Origin: Eukaryota sp. GEM-RC1
Taxonomy: Eukaryota
Direction of reading: 5' to 3'
NCBI GenBank assembly: GCA_040285855.1
Contig: JAUFOQ010000002.1
Coordinates: 682,001-746,000 of the forward strand
Length of the DNA: 64,000 bases
Positions 48,701-61,216 of this stretch are shown here, piece by piece; the first letter of the stretch is position 1, and each line of letters opens with the position of its first letter. The notes beneath the pieces were generated by a model. The model was given only the letters and a program-made list of their open reading frames with translations, was not told the DNA's origin and ran no database searches. A program made the translations under genes and the position numbers.

Positions 48701-49215
48701 TAGCAAAGAACTTCCAGAACCTCGTGATGTTCCAGTGGTTCTGGTTCAGGTTTGATGTAAATACCTGTAATTAAGTACATTGTAATTGTTAGCAAACAGC
48801 TTTTAGAGTGGGTCATTTGTGATCACAACAATCACATTATGCCATAATGTGGAGAATTTTATTTTTGCATTTTTATATGCTAGTATGAATCAATTACGGA
48901 AACAACATGTAAACTTCTTTTTGTTATTTCAGTACATGGTAAAACACCGTATTTCATCATAATTCAATTTATAAAACCATAAATCATCATCTCCATTCTT
49001 TTAACATGAAATCCGGGATGCACCCAAACTACATTTATAGATCTATATGTATCTCATAAAAACTTATACATTAGTAATTCAACACAAACAACTATCATCT
49101 TTTGTTCTAATATAGGAATGATTAAGCTCCTATTTGCAACAAATTATCTGCCATTAAATATAGCCATTAAAGAAAGAAACAGTAAGAGGTGTTTATTGTA
49201 TAACACGTTGTTAAT

Positions 49216-50403
49216 TTAGGATGTCTCCTTTTTTACCAGTGCATCCTTAAACTCTCTAATGATCGTTGGAACACTAGAAGGACCAGTAGGACCCATTTCA
49301 GACACAATCATATCAATAAACTCCGTTGGAGTCACATCATAGACCAAATTCAACAACTCTAAATTCTTCTTGACCTCCCACCCCTTCAAAGAACGTTCAC
49401 TATTGGCTGTGGGTCTACTGGATGATGCCGATGCAGGTACATCTTCAATTACTAAACTTCTGGGATCTCCGATTTCATTCCACGTGATTGAATCCAACTG
49501 AGACCAATCCATAAACCTATATGATTCACAAAGCACTATTACAGGTAGATTCAGTGAGTGTGACAACGTAGCTACAGAGGCTGTCCCACACATTCCAATT
49601 GCTGCTCCATTGTACAACAATGCGGATACCCCTAAAACTACCTTGGTGACGTCAGAGAGCACGTAGTGGAGTCCGGAGAGTAAACAAAAGGTAACAGGTA
49701 CGTCGGCAGCTGAAAGGCTTGTAACTGCATTAAAACCATCACCATTAGATCTAGAATCGGTAATGATTACCTTAATTGGAATTGATTGGGCAATATTAAT
49801 GAGTGATTCAATTACTGTTGTTGAAGCGCCATAAGTCAATATAACGTCATTTGATCTGACCTTTTCTTTAAGTCCTTGGCTAATAACGCTAGCAGCAGAG
49901 TAAACTCTAAGCTCCTTGAACTCCTCAATGTACCTGGCTAGCGAACCCCTGGCTTTGTCATCATTTTGGCGTAGATTTGACATGAACAGTTTGATGTATT
50001 GAATGATGGAAAGTTGAGCTGGGGCTAATGGTCGGCACGCAGAAAGGAAACGTTCTGAAAGTTCAAGTGCTTGAAGTAGTGTTGAAAGGAAGGGTTCTTT
50101 TGGTGAACATTCGAGATCAGTGACCAAGTCTCTTAGTGCATCTAGCATAGCAACAGATCGTTCTCTGCCACGTCGAAGTACGTGTTGAGCGGATTTTAGG
50201 CCAACAGCTATTATAGAGGGATGAACCTTATTCAAATCAAAATCCTGGCTCAGAGAATAAGAACTGATGTTACTGTACTGTGGAAGGTGGTTGAACAAAT
50301 CATGGGCTAGAGTGCAACAACCATGAGAGGATGAATCCTGTTCTGTATGTGAAGGTGTCGGGGGTTTCTCAGGAAGTTTTTGTTTGGACTTCTTTTTGGT
50401 CAT
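49216..50403 (-). CDS. EIF2B4: Translation initiation factor eIF2B subunit delta
   Basis: [85 protein letters not shown]. Likely start MTKKKSK. Confidence 0.95.
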   Translation of the reverse strand: MTKKKSKQKLPEKPPTPSHTEQDSSSHGCCTLAHDLFNHLPQYSNISSYSLSQDFDLNKVHPSIIAVGLKSAQHVLRRGRERSVAMLDALRDLVTDLECSPKEPFLSTLLQALELSERFLSACRPLAPAQLSIIQYIKLFMSNLRQNDDKARGSLARYIEEFKELRVYSAASVISQGLKEKVRSNDVILTYGASTTVIESLINIAQSIPIKVIITDSRSNGDGFNAVTSLSAADVPVTFCLLSGLHYVLSDVTKVVLGVSALLYNGAAIGMCGTASVATLSHSLNLPVIVLCESYRFMDWSQLDSITWNEIGDPRSLVIEDVPASASSSRPTANSERSLKGWEVKKNLELLNLVYDVTPTEFIDMIVSEMGPTGPSSVPTIIREFKDALVKKETS

Positions 50404-50471
50404 TGAAAAAAAGTTTTTCGAAACAAAAACCTGGACCAAACTCCCCCTTCTCACCTCTTCACCACTCCTTA

Positions 50472-50993
50472 ATGTCTCTTATCACCCCAAAAATCCGCAC
50501 TCGTCGCCCACGCCGTGTTGAAATCACTGAAGAACAGAAAAATGAAATTCGTGAAGCCTTTGACTTGTTTGATACTGAGAAAAAGGGATCTATTGGCTAT
50601 CATGAACTTAAAGTTGCTATGCGGGCTCTGGGATTTGATGTGAAAAAGCCTGAAGTTCTCCAAATCATTGAGGAATACGACAGAGACGGTTCAGGAACCA
50701 TTCATTTCCAAGACTTTTTGGAAGTCATGAGCCGCAAAATATCTGAACGCGACCCTGAGGAAGAAATAGAAAAGGCTTTCAAACTCTTTGATGACGATGG
50801 TACGGGGGTAATCACCCTAAGGAATCTTCGTCGTGTCGCCAAAGAACTTGGCGAGAACCTCAGCGAGGAAGAACTTCAGAGCATGATTGATGAAGTATGT
50901 TTTTTTCTCTTACACTAACCTTATTTTGACAAAGACGGTGATGGTGCTATCAATCTGGACGAATTCAAGGAAATTATGTCGTTTTCCAGATAA
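50472..50993 (+). CDS. CETN3: Centrin (centrin-3/Cdc31 type), two exons: 50472-50894 and 50925-50993
   Basis: [40 protein letters not shown]; the fourth EF-hand [18 protein letters not shown] is restored only by removing 50895-50924. Confidence 0.95.
50895..50924 (+). other. 30-nt spliceosomal intron with apparent GT-AT ends
   Basis: GTATGT donor, ACTAAC branch point, then CTTAT; contains an in-frame TAA. Confidence 0.85.
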
Positions 50994-51189
50994 TCAACAA
51001 TATTGTACTTTTATTTTAATAAATCGAAATAGTCCCTGATCTGATGAGATTACAGTTTTTGGAATAATTGAGAGATTGGACAGAGACAGAATTTTCCAAA
51101 AATAGATCGAGAAGCCAAGGTCTGATCAATAGCAAATCTCCCTATCATCTAGATCACTTCAAAAAGACTCTTACTTCTCCCCCCTATTG

Positions 51190-52503
51190 ATGGATCGCAC
51201 CGATCATTCTATTGATCCTGACGCTAGTATTGAAGATCTTGTCTCTCTCATAGAATTCTATCGTAACCAATCTAATGAGTACAAACATAACTTTGAAACT
51301 CTGCAACAAATCCTCGATGACACCATCAAAGACCATAAGTTAAAGATCGAACATTGGCAAAAAGAAGTAGAACGGAAACACCAGGAGTTTGCTGAAGCTA
51401 ATGTGTTGTCGCAAGAGGATCTTCACGCTATAAGAGAAGAAACCATGGCTCAGGTGTCTGCTATGTATGAGCAACAGCTTAACCAACTCAATCGTGAACT
51501 TAGCAGCCTTCAAGATAGTCACAGTTCCTTAGAACGAGAATACCGTGTATACAGATCAGAAATGGAAGTTAAGCTAGATGGGCTGGAACGATCTTTATCT
51601 GCTGAACGATCTTCACATGAAGACACACAACAGCACTTAATGTCCTTAAGACAGGCACTCAGATCTGGAACCCAAACTGATAGATCACCCTCTAATATTT
51701 CCACAGATGATTGTAACTGTGAGGTCCTTGAAACCAAGCTTCAATTATCAGAAGACCAGGTTCGTGATCTTCAAAGTAAACTTTCTCAACAACAGGAAAC
51801 AAACTTCCGATTAGAGAACGATGTTGTGGAGCTTCGTCATCAGATTTCCAACATGGAATCTAGTCATCGACAAGAGAAAAACTCAAGTGAAGCCCGTGTG
51901 AGGGAACTATCTTTACTCCTTGAAGACAGTGAAAATAGACACTTGGAGTATCAAGATCGTATTGAAATGTTGAAGAGACAGAACAGTGATGTATTTGAAT
52001 GTTTGAAACGTGAGGAGATGCGACGTGAACAGTTGGAGACTCAACTTCAACGCCTATCTCAAGAGTCAGCATCTGTCTCAGAACAACTTATGATATCAGA
52101 CAAGAAATCTAGAGATCTGGAAGATCTAGCATCGCAATTGCAATCAGAAAATAGAAATTTAAATGAAGCTTTGAAAATCGAAGAAGTTAAACGAACTGCT
52201 TTAGAAACAAATTCTACTCAGAAAATTGAATCACTGTCACAGTCATCTTCGCAAGAACTTAAAGATACAAAACAACGCTTACGAAAAGAAACACATAGGA
52301 TAAAGAAGCTAATGGAACGATCTGCCTTGTTAGAGGAAAAACTTCGTTCTGTGAAGAGAGATCATAAGATGGAAGTTGAGGAGATGAGGAAATCTATTTT
52401 GCTGGTAGAACATGAAGCGAAGAGAAAACAAAACTCTCTTTTACGGGAATGCGAGAAGTTGAAGTTTTTACTACAAAGCCATGGAATTACTGAAGTGTGC
52501 TGA
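51190..52503 (+). CDS. Long coiled-coil protein (possibly centrosomal/basal-body)
   Basis: 437-aa E/Q/L/R-rich heptad pattern throughout. Confidence 0.8.
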   Translation: MDRTDHSIDPDASIEDLVSLIEFYRNQSNEYKHNFETLQQILDDTIKDHKLKIEHWQKEVERKHQEFAEANVLSQEDLHAIREETMAQVSAMYEQQLNQLNRELSSLQDSHSSLEREYRVYRSEMEVKLDGLERSLSAERSSHEDTQQHLMSLRQALRSGTQTDRSPSNISTDDCNCEVLETKLQLSEDQVRDLQSKLSQQQETNFRLENDVVELRHQISNMESSHRQEKNSSEARVRELSLLLEDSENRHLEYQDRIEMLKRQNSDVFECLKREEMRREQLETQLQRLSQESASVSEQLMISDKKSRDLEDLASQLQSENRNLNEALKIEEVKRTALETNSTQKIESLSQSSSQELKDTKQRLRKETHRIKKLMERSALLEEKLRSVKRDHKMEVEEMRKSILLVEHEAKRKQNSLLRECEKLKFLLQSHGITEVC

Positions 52504-52650
52504 GGAATCTATTATGGCCTTCTGCGGACTGTTGGACGGTCTGGAGAATGGTGGTTTAGGTTGTGTAATATATTTATTTTATTGTTTTTTACTGCTTATA
52601 ACTTACATGTATGGTTTTTATTTTTGTAATAGATGTTGATATTGTATGTA

Positions 52651-53251
52651 TCGTAGGTGTCCCAATACAAGCAAGGTTCCAATACAAGCAAGTAAAAGTG
52701 TTTGCCTGAATTATTCTCTACACACTGGATGTTGGCCGAGTTAACTTCAGTATACACGTATACTGTTTTAAAATGAATTACAACACATAGAGCTATGGAC
52801 GAACTTCATAGTGTCCACTTGGGTCCGTAAATATTGTTGCGTATTTTTGCTCAAAGAACTCGATGGAGTTATTGTATTGTTTGACATTTATAAAGTCAGA
52901 AGGACAAAAGGGCATATCGAAATCCAATATATGAAACAATAGGCAATAGAATCACTGTCAGTAGAACTTTGCTCCTATACAGACAAGTGTTGTGTAATTG
53001 TAGAACAAATTGAAATACTTTTATTAAAGGATGTGGCACATTAATGTATTGTTATAAAAACTTGTAAGATCTTGCAATCATGACAGTACAAGTGCATTTG
53101 ACCTTACGAAAAAGGGTATGTGGTCCAATAATACAGTATATTGAAACCAAAGGTATCGTCACGTTATCGTATAATAGGGTCCCATTACAAGCAAAAAAGA
53201 ATGTGTTTGCTTGTAGTAGATATAAAGTTGCTTGTATTGGGACACCTACGA
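52651..53251. mobile_element. pogo/Tc1-type MITE
   Basis: TIR TCGTAGGTGTCCCAATACAAGCAA / TTGCTTGTATTGGGACACCTACGA, TA on both sides. Confidence 0.9.
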
Positions 53252-53379
53252 TATACTGTAAATATATCTAACGAAATTGTGAAATTTTTCAATATTTATT
53301 CATTGTATTGTTGTTCTCATTACTGACAAAGAGAAACTAAATTAAACTAACTACTGTAGTATTCTTTGATAGCAAATCA

Positions 53380-53770
53380 ATACTTTTCTAAATCAGGAAT
53401 ATTATTCTGTCGTATAATATTATCAAACCTTGCACTAACACAATATTATGTTATATTACCCAAGTCAAGAAAATCTTCTTGTTTTGACATGTAGTTTTTT
53501 CTTGGTAAATTTGAGATCAGAATTGTTGCTTATTTCACCTGACCTCTGGCAAACTTGTTTCTCAGCTGATATTTGTGAAATACCAGAACGATGTGTCACG
53601 TCTTTAAAATTTGCTCTTAAGAAACTCCAAAAACATCTTTTAAACATTTTGAATGTCTGGATTTTAAACCTCTACTTGGCTCGGCCAAAGGAAAAAAATC
53701 CAGTCTTCGCCAATTTTTTAAACGATTTGAAAATAATGTCAACTTTCTCCGAAAAAGATGGTGGGAAATA
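53380..53770 (+). mobile_element. Non-LTR retrotransposon fragment
   Basis: LRSELL..PDLW...LKFALKKL...EKNPVFANFL, homologous to ~44460-44680. Confidence 0.65.
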
Positions 53771-54119
53771 ATGTTGGTGTTTTGGCTGAGATTTGTGCCA
53801 GAAAACCGATTTATTCGGTCCAACATTTTTCGGAACACGTTAGTACCTGAATCCATATATATATCGAATCCATTCGATTAGTTGTTTAGTTAGTTGTTCA
53901 GGATTTTATCTTTAGTTGATAGCATTATTGCAAAAACATGAAAACTTCTTTCTGTTTTATTCCAAAAAAGCCATTGTCACTAACACGGACCAGTCAGTGT
54001 CAACAGTTCGAAAATTCGACAGAAATAAACTCGTACAAGGATAAGAGTTGAACAAATATACAAGATACACAGACAAAACGGTGTCCCCCAGAAAAAACAT
54101 TAGATTCAAGTAAAAGACA

Positions 54120-54833
54120 TTACAACGTACCTAATTGTTTTCTTAGACAATGCAATTGAGCTGCAGCAAATGCTTTATATGTAGACGCAGAATTATGAAA
54201 TTGTCGAGCCCAACTCTGTTCCATAGTAACAGCATCATTGAAACTTCGCTGGATCACTGCAGGAGGAATATTGGCATTTTTCAAAACAGCCAGTTTGACA
54301 TCTACAAGTTGATCTAATGCCCACTGCCGCAGCTTGACAGGTACAGAACATGAAGGAGAGAACTCAATGACAGGTCTTTCAACCACATGTGGTTTAACTT
54401 CAGGTTGACTTTGTGCCAAACGCTTTTGTTGCATCTTTTGTTTCATAAGTTCAATCTTAGAGAGTTTCTTTCCCTGTGTAGGAGATTCTTGTAATATGGA
54501 TGTAGGTTGTTTTGGTAGTAGCGTTGACTGTGGTTTGGTGGGTATAACAACTAATTTATCCTCCTTTTGTGAAGTCCTGACAGATTGAGACTCGCTGGAT
54601 TGTTCCAATCGTGGGACAGTTACAGGAGGTTCCGACGTTGTCAATTCGGCAACTGTTGAAGTAACTCGAGACCGTGGTTTCAAAGAAAGTTGAACCGGTG
54701 GTCTGTAATTGTACAAGGATAAATCTAAACATCGCGTGGCATCTTTATCATGAGAAAACCAGCAAAGCAAACCACCATTACACTGTGGTCTGGGACATTT
54801 TAATGTAGAAATAACTGAGAATGAAGGAAACAT
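54120..54833 (-). CDS. Protein resembling the non-catalytic N-terminal part of REXO1/Rex3 (Cys/His finger + EloA-BP1-like domain), no exonuclease domain
   Basis: MFPSFSVISTLKCP..QC...LCWFSH; RPVIEF...VPVKLRQWALDQLVD; AVTMEQ...STYKAFAAAQLHCLRK. These recall REXO1 family patterns from memory, not from a search. Confidence 0.55.
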   Translation of the reverse strand: MFPSFSVISTLKCPRPQCNGGLLCWFSHDKDATRCLDLSLYNYRPPVQLSLKPRSRVTSTVAELTTSEPPVTVPRLEQSSESQSVRTSQKEDKLVVIPTKPQSTLLPKQPTSILQESPTQGKKLSKIELMKQKMQQKRLAQSQPEVKPHVVERPVIEFSPSCSVPVKLRQWALDQLVDVKLAVLKNANIPPAVIQRSFNDAVTMEQSWARQFHNSASTYKAFAAAQLHCLRKQLGTL

Positions 54834-55289
54834 TTGAGATCAAGTTTTTGATTCTCAAAGTGTTACTGTACTCAATTGACTAGGCTGCTTTGCTGTACAT
54901 ATTTGCGTTTACTGAAATTCCTTTTAATATTGTGCAATGTGTTGTGAAATTCTGTCTCTAAACACTGTATTTTTCAACCACACTTAGTCTATGATGGCGG
55001 CAATTTCAACCTCTGTATTCGGTACCCAAAAAGGCAACATTCCTCTAATAATGTGAATTTGTAAAAACAACTGTTTTCTCTGCTGCGACTATAACACGTT
55101 AGATCAAAAAAGACTACTGGTGTACTTTTATATTGATCTTTTTTCATTAACATAAATTAACGAAATACATACCGTTCTACTAGTACTTAACAGCTAATAA
55201 TTGCTCTACAACTACTCTAAAACCACGATACAATTTATCTAGTTTACGATTTAAATACTTCGCAAAACTTCTTTATAATGAATATTTTT

Positions 55290-56040
55290 GGTGATTCGCT
55301 ATCCTCAACGCTTCAATTTTAATTTGAAGAATCAAGAATGGATAACTAACATGCATTTGAGATTGTGGCTCTGGCCTGGTGGCTTACTTTAACAGTCTAA
55401 GTGCATCTGTAGTGCTTCATATTTATTCATATGAAATCTGTTCTTCACAACAGTATTCGTGATCAATGTCTTTCTTTCTTTGATTAAATCAAACGGATTT
55501 CATGGTAAAATTGAACCCTATATTGTCTGCGTTTTCTGATTTTTTCATTCGTGTTAAGAGTCGTAGTGATTGAATTGATCCATGATTAAATTGTAAAGAA
55601 GTTGTTTTGGATTTTACAACTGTGTGGTTTTGTAACGATACTGCTAGTAATAAAATATTGGATGACCATAACTCACCTTTGGATAATGCGGAAGAAAAGA
55701 AATGTCTTCGTTATTGTGATTATATTTCTAAATTGAATTCACAAAGACATAATGCTTTGGTGTGTCAACCATTCGGTACAGTATTTCTATTTATGGGAAT
55801 TTGGGTTCTGCAGCTCAAAAGTTTTTTTGATCATTTAATCAAACGTGTTTGCGAATTTGGCAAGAAGTTCAGCATTTGTTTTTGGAGGGATCGTCTTGTT
55901 TTTTCTATATTTCGTTAACTATTTCAAGGATCCGACGGAATTTTGAAGAAACTCTTTTTCTAAGAGTAACTATGATACAGCACCAAACACTCTGATTTCA
56001 TGTTTTCCTTTGATTACGGCACAATTTTGAGAAGACTAAT
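55290..56040 (+). mobile_element. Highly decayed non-LTR RLE fragment
   Basis: DFTTV...PLDNAEEKK..Y...KKFSICFWRDRLVFSIFR. Confidence 0.65.
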
Positions 56041-56536
56041 AGAAGTCTTCAGCAGCGCTTCCAATATTCCCAAGAATTGTTATAACAAAAAGAATCAATT
56101 TACAGGAAGAACAAAAATTGGAATTCGGCTTCTTCTTTGAGTAATCAATGTTTCTGTTATCTGCGTTGGATAAATGATTTAGGGTGTGGCTAAAATCAGA
56201 AGTCAATTACACTTTTGGCCTTGGCGACGGATGGGAATATTACTATCTCTATAATGCTTAAGAAGTGGTTCACTTTTCCCATTAAAACCGTGACATGTAA
56301 ACATTTCTTACGTAACGTCTCGAATTGTGTATAATCGATCTGAACTCGATCGACAAACAATGTGTTTGAAGTCAGCTTTGCTTTTGGTCTTTTATCTCAA
56401 CGATACATAGTATTATCTAACACAACAAATGGAAATGAGCCTACTAGTATGTGTGCACGGATGTTTAGTTGTACAATGTAACTATAAGTTTGATGATGTC
56501 TTCATCATTTTTGGAAGTTTTGTATTTATGCATGTA

Positions 56537-57249
56537 TAGGGATGGGCGAACTCCAACTCGACTTCACTCCACTCGTAGAAATGATAGAACTCCAACTCGA
56601 CTTCACTCCAAACAATAAATATTACAAGTGAACTTCACTCCAACTTCACTTCACTCCAACTCAAGTCACTTGTAGACTTCACTTCACCCAAACTTGTTAA
56701 ATTTTTTTCTTTATAAAATTCCTCTCATTTGACGCTTTTGACACTTCTTCCAGGTATACACAACGGTCACTCAATGTGTTTCGAGTCACACTAAAGCAAA
56801 CACTGTTAGATATCCACTATGGTGATGTCATCACAATGAATCTTTCTATTTTTTTATGAAAGTTTCATTGGTAACCAAAAATCAGTTGGAGAAGTTATTT
56901 CCAAAAACTGAGTTCAGAATTTGGTAAGAAGTTTAAACAGGTCTTGCAGGACGATAGTTTTAACCTTTTGGCCTTTTTTAAACGGAAGCATAGATAAGTT
57001 TATTTCCTTTTGGTCATCTTTAACTGCAAATAGTGTAACTCCCGTTGATATAGGTGTTTTTTGTAAGTTATGTACAATACTTACATAGGAATGCTAATGA
57101 AATAGCAAGTTTCACTCCAACTCGACTTACTCGTAAAATTTTGACAGAACTCCAACTCGACTCCAACTCGTAGAAATTTGGAGTGAAGTGGTGTGGAGTG
57201 GAGTTTGGTGTCTTGGAGTAGAACTCGAGTGGAGTTTTGCCCAACCCTA
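56537..57249. mobile_element. hAT MITE with ACTCC/ACTTC subterminal repeats, carrying a non-LTR fragment (~56870-57060)
   Basis: TIR TAGGGATGGGCGAACTCCA / TGGAGTTTTGCCCAACCCTA; TSD TGCATGTA (56529-56536, 57250-57257). Confidence 0.95.
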
Positions 57250-57677
57250 TGCATGTAATATACAGAAACTATAGTTTCAGTTCTAAATCAGGGCCGAAGT
57301 CTTAATCGATGAGTGCAATTCTTCGGCCTCAATGTATCCCACACCATAATTCACAGCTTGCTGAACTCTAGAAAAGCATTCATCTCATACATGTAGCTCC
57401 TTTATGGAATAGAAACAGTAAAACTGAATAACGAATGGCTTAAATATCAAAAGCCAAAAGAAAAGATGAAGAGTGAAATAAAAACTAAGTGAAACAGCAT
57501 CACAGACGACTGCAACCATATAGCACTTACATGAAATTGCACTAGATCAGAAATATCATATACCCAATGAACAACAAAAGTCTTAAGTAAATCTGTAAGA
57601 ATTAGCGACGAGAAACGATCAAATTCCAAAGACGGTTCTGCAACTACCCAATTCAAAAAGAATAAGAGCTCAATTAC

Positions 57678-58274
57678 TCAATCTAGAACTGTGACTATAC
57701 CCATAGAGATTAACTGCTCCGCATCAGATCGTTGTAACTCGTGAATCATCCCAATACCCAATTCAACGTGGTTCCCAGAAGGTAAAACAATTTGCCCTGC
57801 ATCCTTCACTGCTTCGACCTTAACATAGGGATGAACAGGAGGAGACGAAGCGAAGATGTTGGAACCATACGCCATGGAAACAGTTGTCAGTAACTCATTA
57901 TAACGAAGCAAAAACACCTCTTCATCTCCAATGAGGTTGGATTTAACTTCTGGTGTGATAGTTCCAGATGTTTTTTTACATAAGTTTTGGAGTCTTTTGC
58001 AACGCTCCATAAGATAAACAAGTCCTAAACGTTTGTTGCGTTCTACAACAGCATAATTGGAGAGAACTTTAGAGATAAGGACGGGTGGAACTGCTTCACC
58101 TGTTGATCGATGATGGTCCACGTCAGCAACCTGTTGTGTAAGAATAGGGTTGATGCTATTGATTTCTGTAGCAATTGTACGAAGAGAAGGATCATCAAAC
58201 TTGGGAAGAGTATGTGAAGGAGTACCTTGAAGTCCTCGAATGAGAGAAACGCCTAGTTTTCCAAAAGAAGTCAT
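57678..58274 (-). CDS. PSF1: GINS complex subunit Psf1
   Basis: FGKLGVSLI, LPKFDD, VERNKRLGLVYLMERCKRL, EEVFLLRYNELL, PPVHPYVKVEAVKDAGQI, LQRSDAEQLISMG. Confidence 0.93.
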   Translation of the reverse strand: MTSFGKLGVSLIRGLQGTPSHTLPKFDDPSLRTIATEINSINPILTQQVADVDHHRSTGEAVPPVLISKVLSNYAVVERNKRLGLVYLMERCKRLQNLCKKTSGTITPEVKSNLIGDEEVFLLRYNELLTTVSMAYGSNIFASSPPVHPYVKVEAVKDAGQIVLPSGNHVELGIGMIHELQRSDAEQLISMGIVTVLD

Positions 58275-58351
58275 GATTATTTGAAGATGAAGTCTAGGTT
58301 TAACAACCAGAAATTGCTGTTTTAGACTTTTTCAAGCCAACAACATTCCAA

Positions 58352-61216
58352 ATGGATCTTCTTGCCCAAACTCTTGATCCAACAACTCAAGAACAGGCTA
58401 CTAAACAGCTACAAGTAGCTTCTCGTCAGCCTGGATTCACGAAACAACTTCTTGATTTCATTGGCCAGTTTCAAACACAAGACTTCAAAATCATCCAGGC
58501 AGCTGCCATTCTTTTCAAAAACAACATCAAGAAGTTCTGGCCTGATGAGAACCATCCCGCCTTAACAAAGAGCGATCGATCTTATATCAAAGAACACATC
58601 GTAAAGCTTATGCTGTCTGTCAATGAACTGATACGTCTCCAACTATCCGATGCCATCGCTACCATAGCCGATTCAGATTATCCCTCCGATTGGCCTACTT
58701 TACGTGATGAACTTGTTACCTACTTCTCCTCCACAAATCCCAACCACTTCCTAGGCTCTCTTGCAACATTCGAAGCAATTTTCCGTAAGTACTCCACTTC
58801 CGCTCCCAATGATGAACTTCTTACTGAGATGCTCTTTGTCCTAGAAGACTATAACAAGTTCTGTAAGCCTTTCCTAGAACTCTTTAGAAAGGCTGTTGAT
58901 GCTTTTACCAGCGATCCCAAGATGAAGATCATTCAAAACGTCATTCTGTACAGTCTGGATATCATTTATCATCTCTGTTCGCCTGACTTACCCGAGTTCT
59001 TTGTTCAAAACTTCAAGAACACCAGTCCCACAGAGAATCTCTTGGTGATCCTCAGAACTCTCCTCATTGCTCCTGACGATGAACCTGACGCTGACCGAAC
59101 TGACTCACCTTCAAATAATTTAAAAATTAAGGAAAAGGTGTGCGAGTTGTTACGTTTGTATGGTCTCAAGTACGAGTCTGACTTTCAACCTTTTGTCGAC
59201 CACTATCTGCAGGACGTATTCCAATTGCTCTCCTCCTTGTCAGATGCTCCAAGATTCGATTCACTCACCATCTCTGCAACTCTCTTCCTAGACTCAATCG
59301 CTCGTTCCACTCACAAGCAACGATTTAACAACAAGCCTGTCATTGAAGCTGTTATTAAACAAGTCTGCTTACCTCTTCTCACCTACAGAGATGAAGACGT
59401 TGAGCTTACTGAGGATGATCCTCGGCAGTTCATGCTCACTGATTTAGAGACTGGTTTGGTTGGAGAGAGTAGTAGTAGAAGAGGAGCCGCAACTGAGTTG
59501 ATTAGGGCGTTGGTTGCAGTTTACCCTGCTGACGTGATTGCTATTTCTCAATCACTTGTCGAAGGTTTGATTGCTTCACAGGATTGGAAGGTACGTGTCT
59601 CTGCAGTGTTGTTAGTTTTAGCCATTGGTGTTCAAAAAGAAACACCTGCTAGGGGAGCTACAGATTTAGTTTCAGGAGTCGACATGATTGGATTTTTTAA
59701 TGGTTTCGTTAAGAAACAGTTATTGACTCAACAAAGCGCCTCCTCTCCATTAATGTTGATTATTTGTATTAGGTTCTTTACTGTTGTGCGAAGTTTCTTT
59801 CCAAAGGAAACTGTTACTGAGGTATTTCCTGTATTGATTAATTTCTTGGCTTCTGAGTCTTTCATTGTCCATTCTTATGCTGCTTGGGCTGTGGATAAGT
59901 TGCTTGTTTTGCCTTCTGGAATTGAAATTTTAAATAATTCTGCACATGTTGGTCAACTTCTTGATATTTGTTTTACTGTTTTTTCAAAGAAGCACTCAAA
60001 TCTTAATGAATTCGTGATGAAGCTCATTATGTCGGTGATTGCGTCATCATCTAATAGTGTCCTACTCCCACATGCAGAAAAAGTTGTTCACAACTTGTTG
60101 AACTTTTCTTTCTAAAATTGTTCAAAATCCAACAAATCCTTCATTTAATTATTTTGTTTTTGAATCAATTGCGGCCATCATCAACTCGCTCACATCAGAT
60201 GGAAATATCTTGTCAGCTTTCGAAACCGCGTTAATTCCACCTTTGAAAACAGTTATGGACAAGAATATCGAAGACTTTATCCCATTTGTTTTTCAAATAT
60301 TCTCTCTCTTGTTAGAAAAAGGCACTGGTCCTTGGTCAACAGAATATGTTGAAATTTTAAAAAAGTATCTTTTAGAAAAAGATTTATGGGAAGTCAAAGG
60401 CAACATATCCGCTCTCACTCGCCTCTGCTGTGCTTACATTCGTAGAGGCGGCGAGTCCTTCGCTTCACAAAGACTCGTTGAACCTATACTTGGCCCTTGG
60501 CAACGTCTAGCATCGTCTAAGATGCTTGACCGCTACTCTTTGATATTCTCATGTCAATTATTCAGTACATCTCCTTGGATGGTTTTGGAAACTATTTCAC
60601 TGGAGTCCTTTCTGTATTACTTACTAGATATCACAAATCCCAAACTATTGCTGTTAGGCGAGGTACCTGGGAATCCCTCTCGTTGTTCATTCTTCGTTTC
60701 GGAGGCGACACTCTCTTCAAGTACTTGGAAGCTCTTCAAGTAGGTCTTTCTGAGAGTTTGCTTACTAAATTCCTTATACCAGAGTGTGGAACTTCTTGGA
60801 GTGGACTTATGGTTTCTAAAGCCAAACTTCCTAAAGCTTTAGTTATCTCTGGAGTGGCTTCGTTAATGAAGACCTCACTGGTAAAGTCTAAGCCTGAGCT
60901 ATACATGGGATTAGCATACACTTTAACTCAGCTTGCTATTAACGACAGCACCGCGGAAACTGCCTCTCTATCTCAGTTCACCAATGCTGGAGACCAAGAA
61001 GAAGACGGTGGTTATAGTCCTCAGGGTACTCATTTGAAGAATGCCCCTGAACCTGACAAAGATTGGTATAAGCTTCCTGATGTATCTGATACTGTCGCTA
61101 ACGTTCTAAACGAAGTTTTTGCTTCTGTACCTAAGATTAGAGCCGATATTCAAGCTGATGTTGCTCTTTATCGTAGTCTTAAAGGATTGATCGGTAATAA
61201 GGTTTCTGGATTTTAA
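58352..61216 (+). CDS. CSE1: Exportin-2/Cse1 (importin-alpha re-exporter); frameshifts near 60105 and 60540
   Basis: LAQTLDP, AAAILFKNNIKKFW, QLSDAIATIADSDYPSDWPTL, SPDLPEFF, SRRGAATELIRAL, IVHSYAA, QNPTNPSFNYFVFES, DFIPFVFQI, LWEVKGNISALTRL. Confidence 0.96.

Noticed and set aside
51190..52503. Naming the coiled-coil protein CEP83
   Set aside because: Only a faint YKHNFETL resemblance; coiled coils give spurious similarity.
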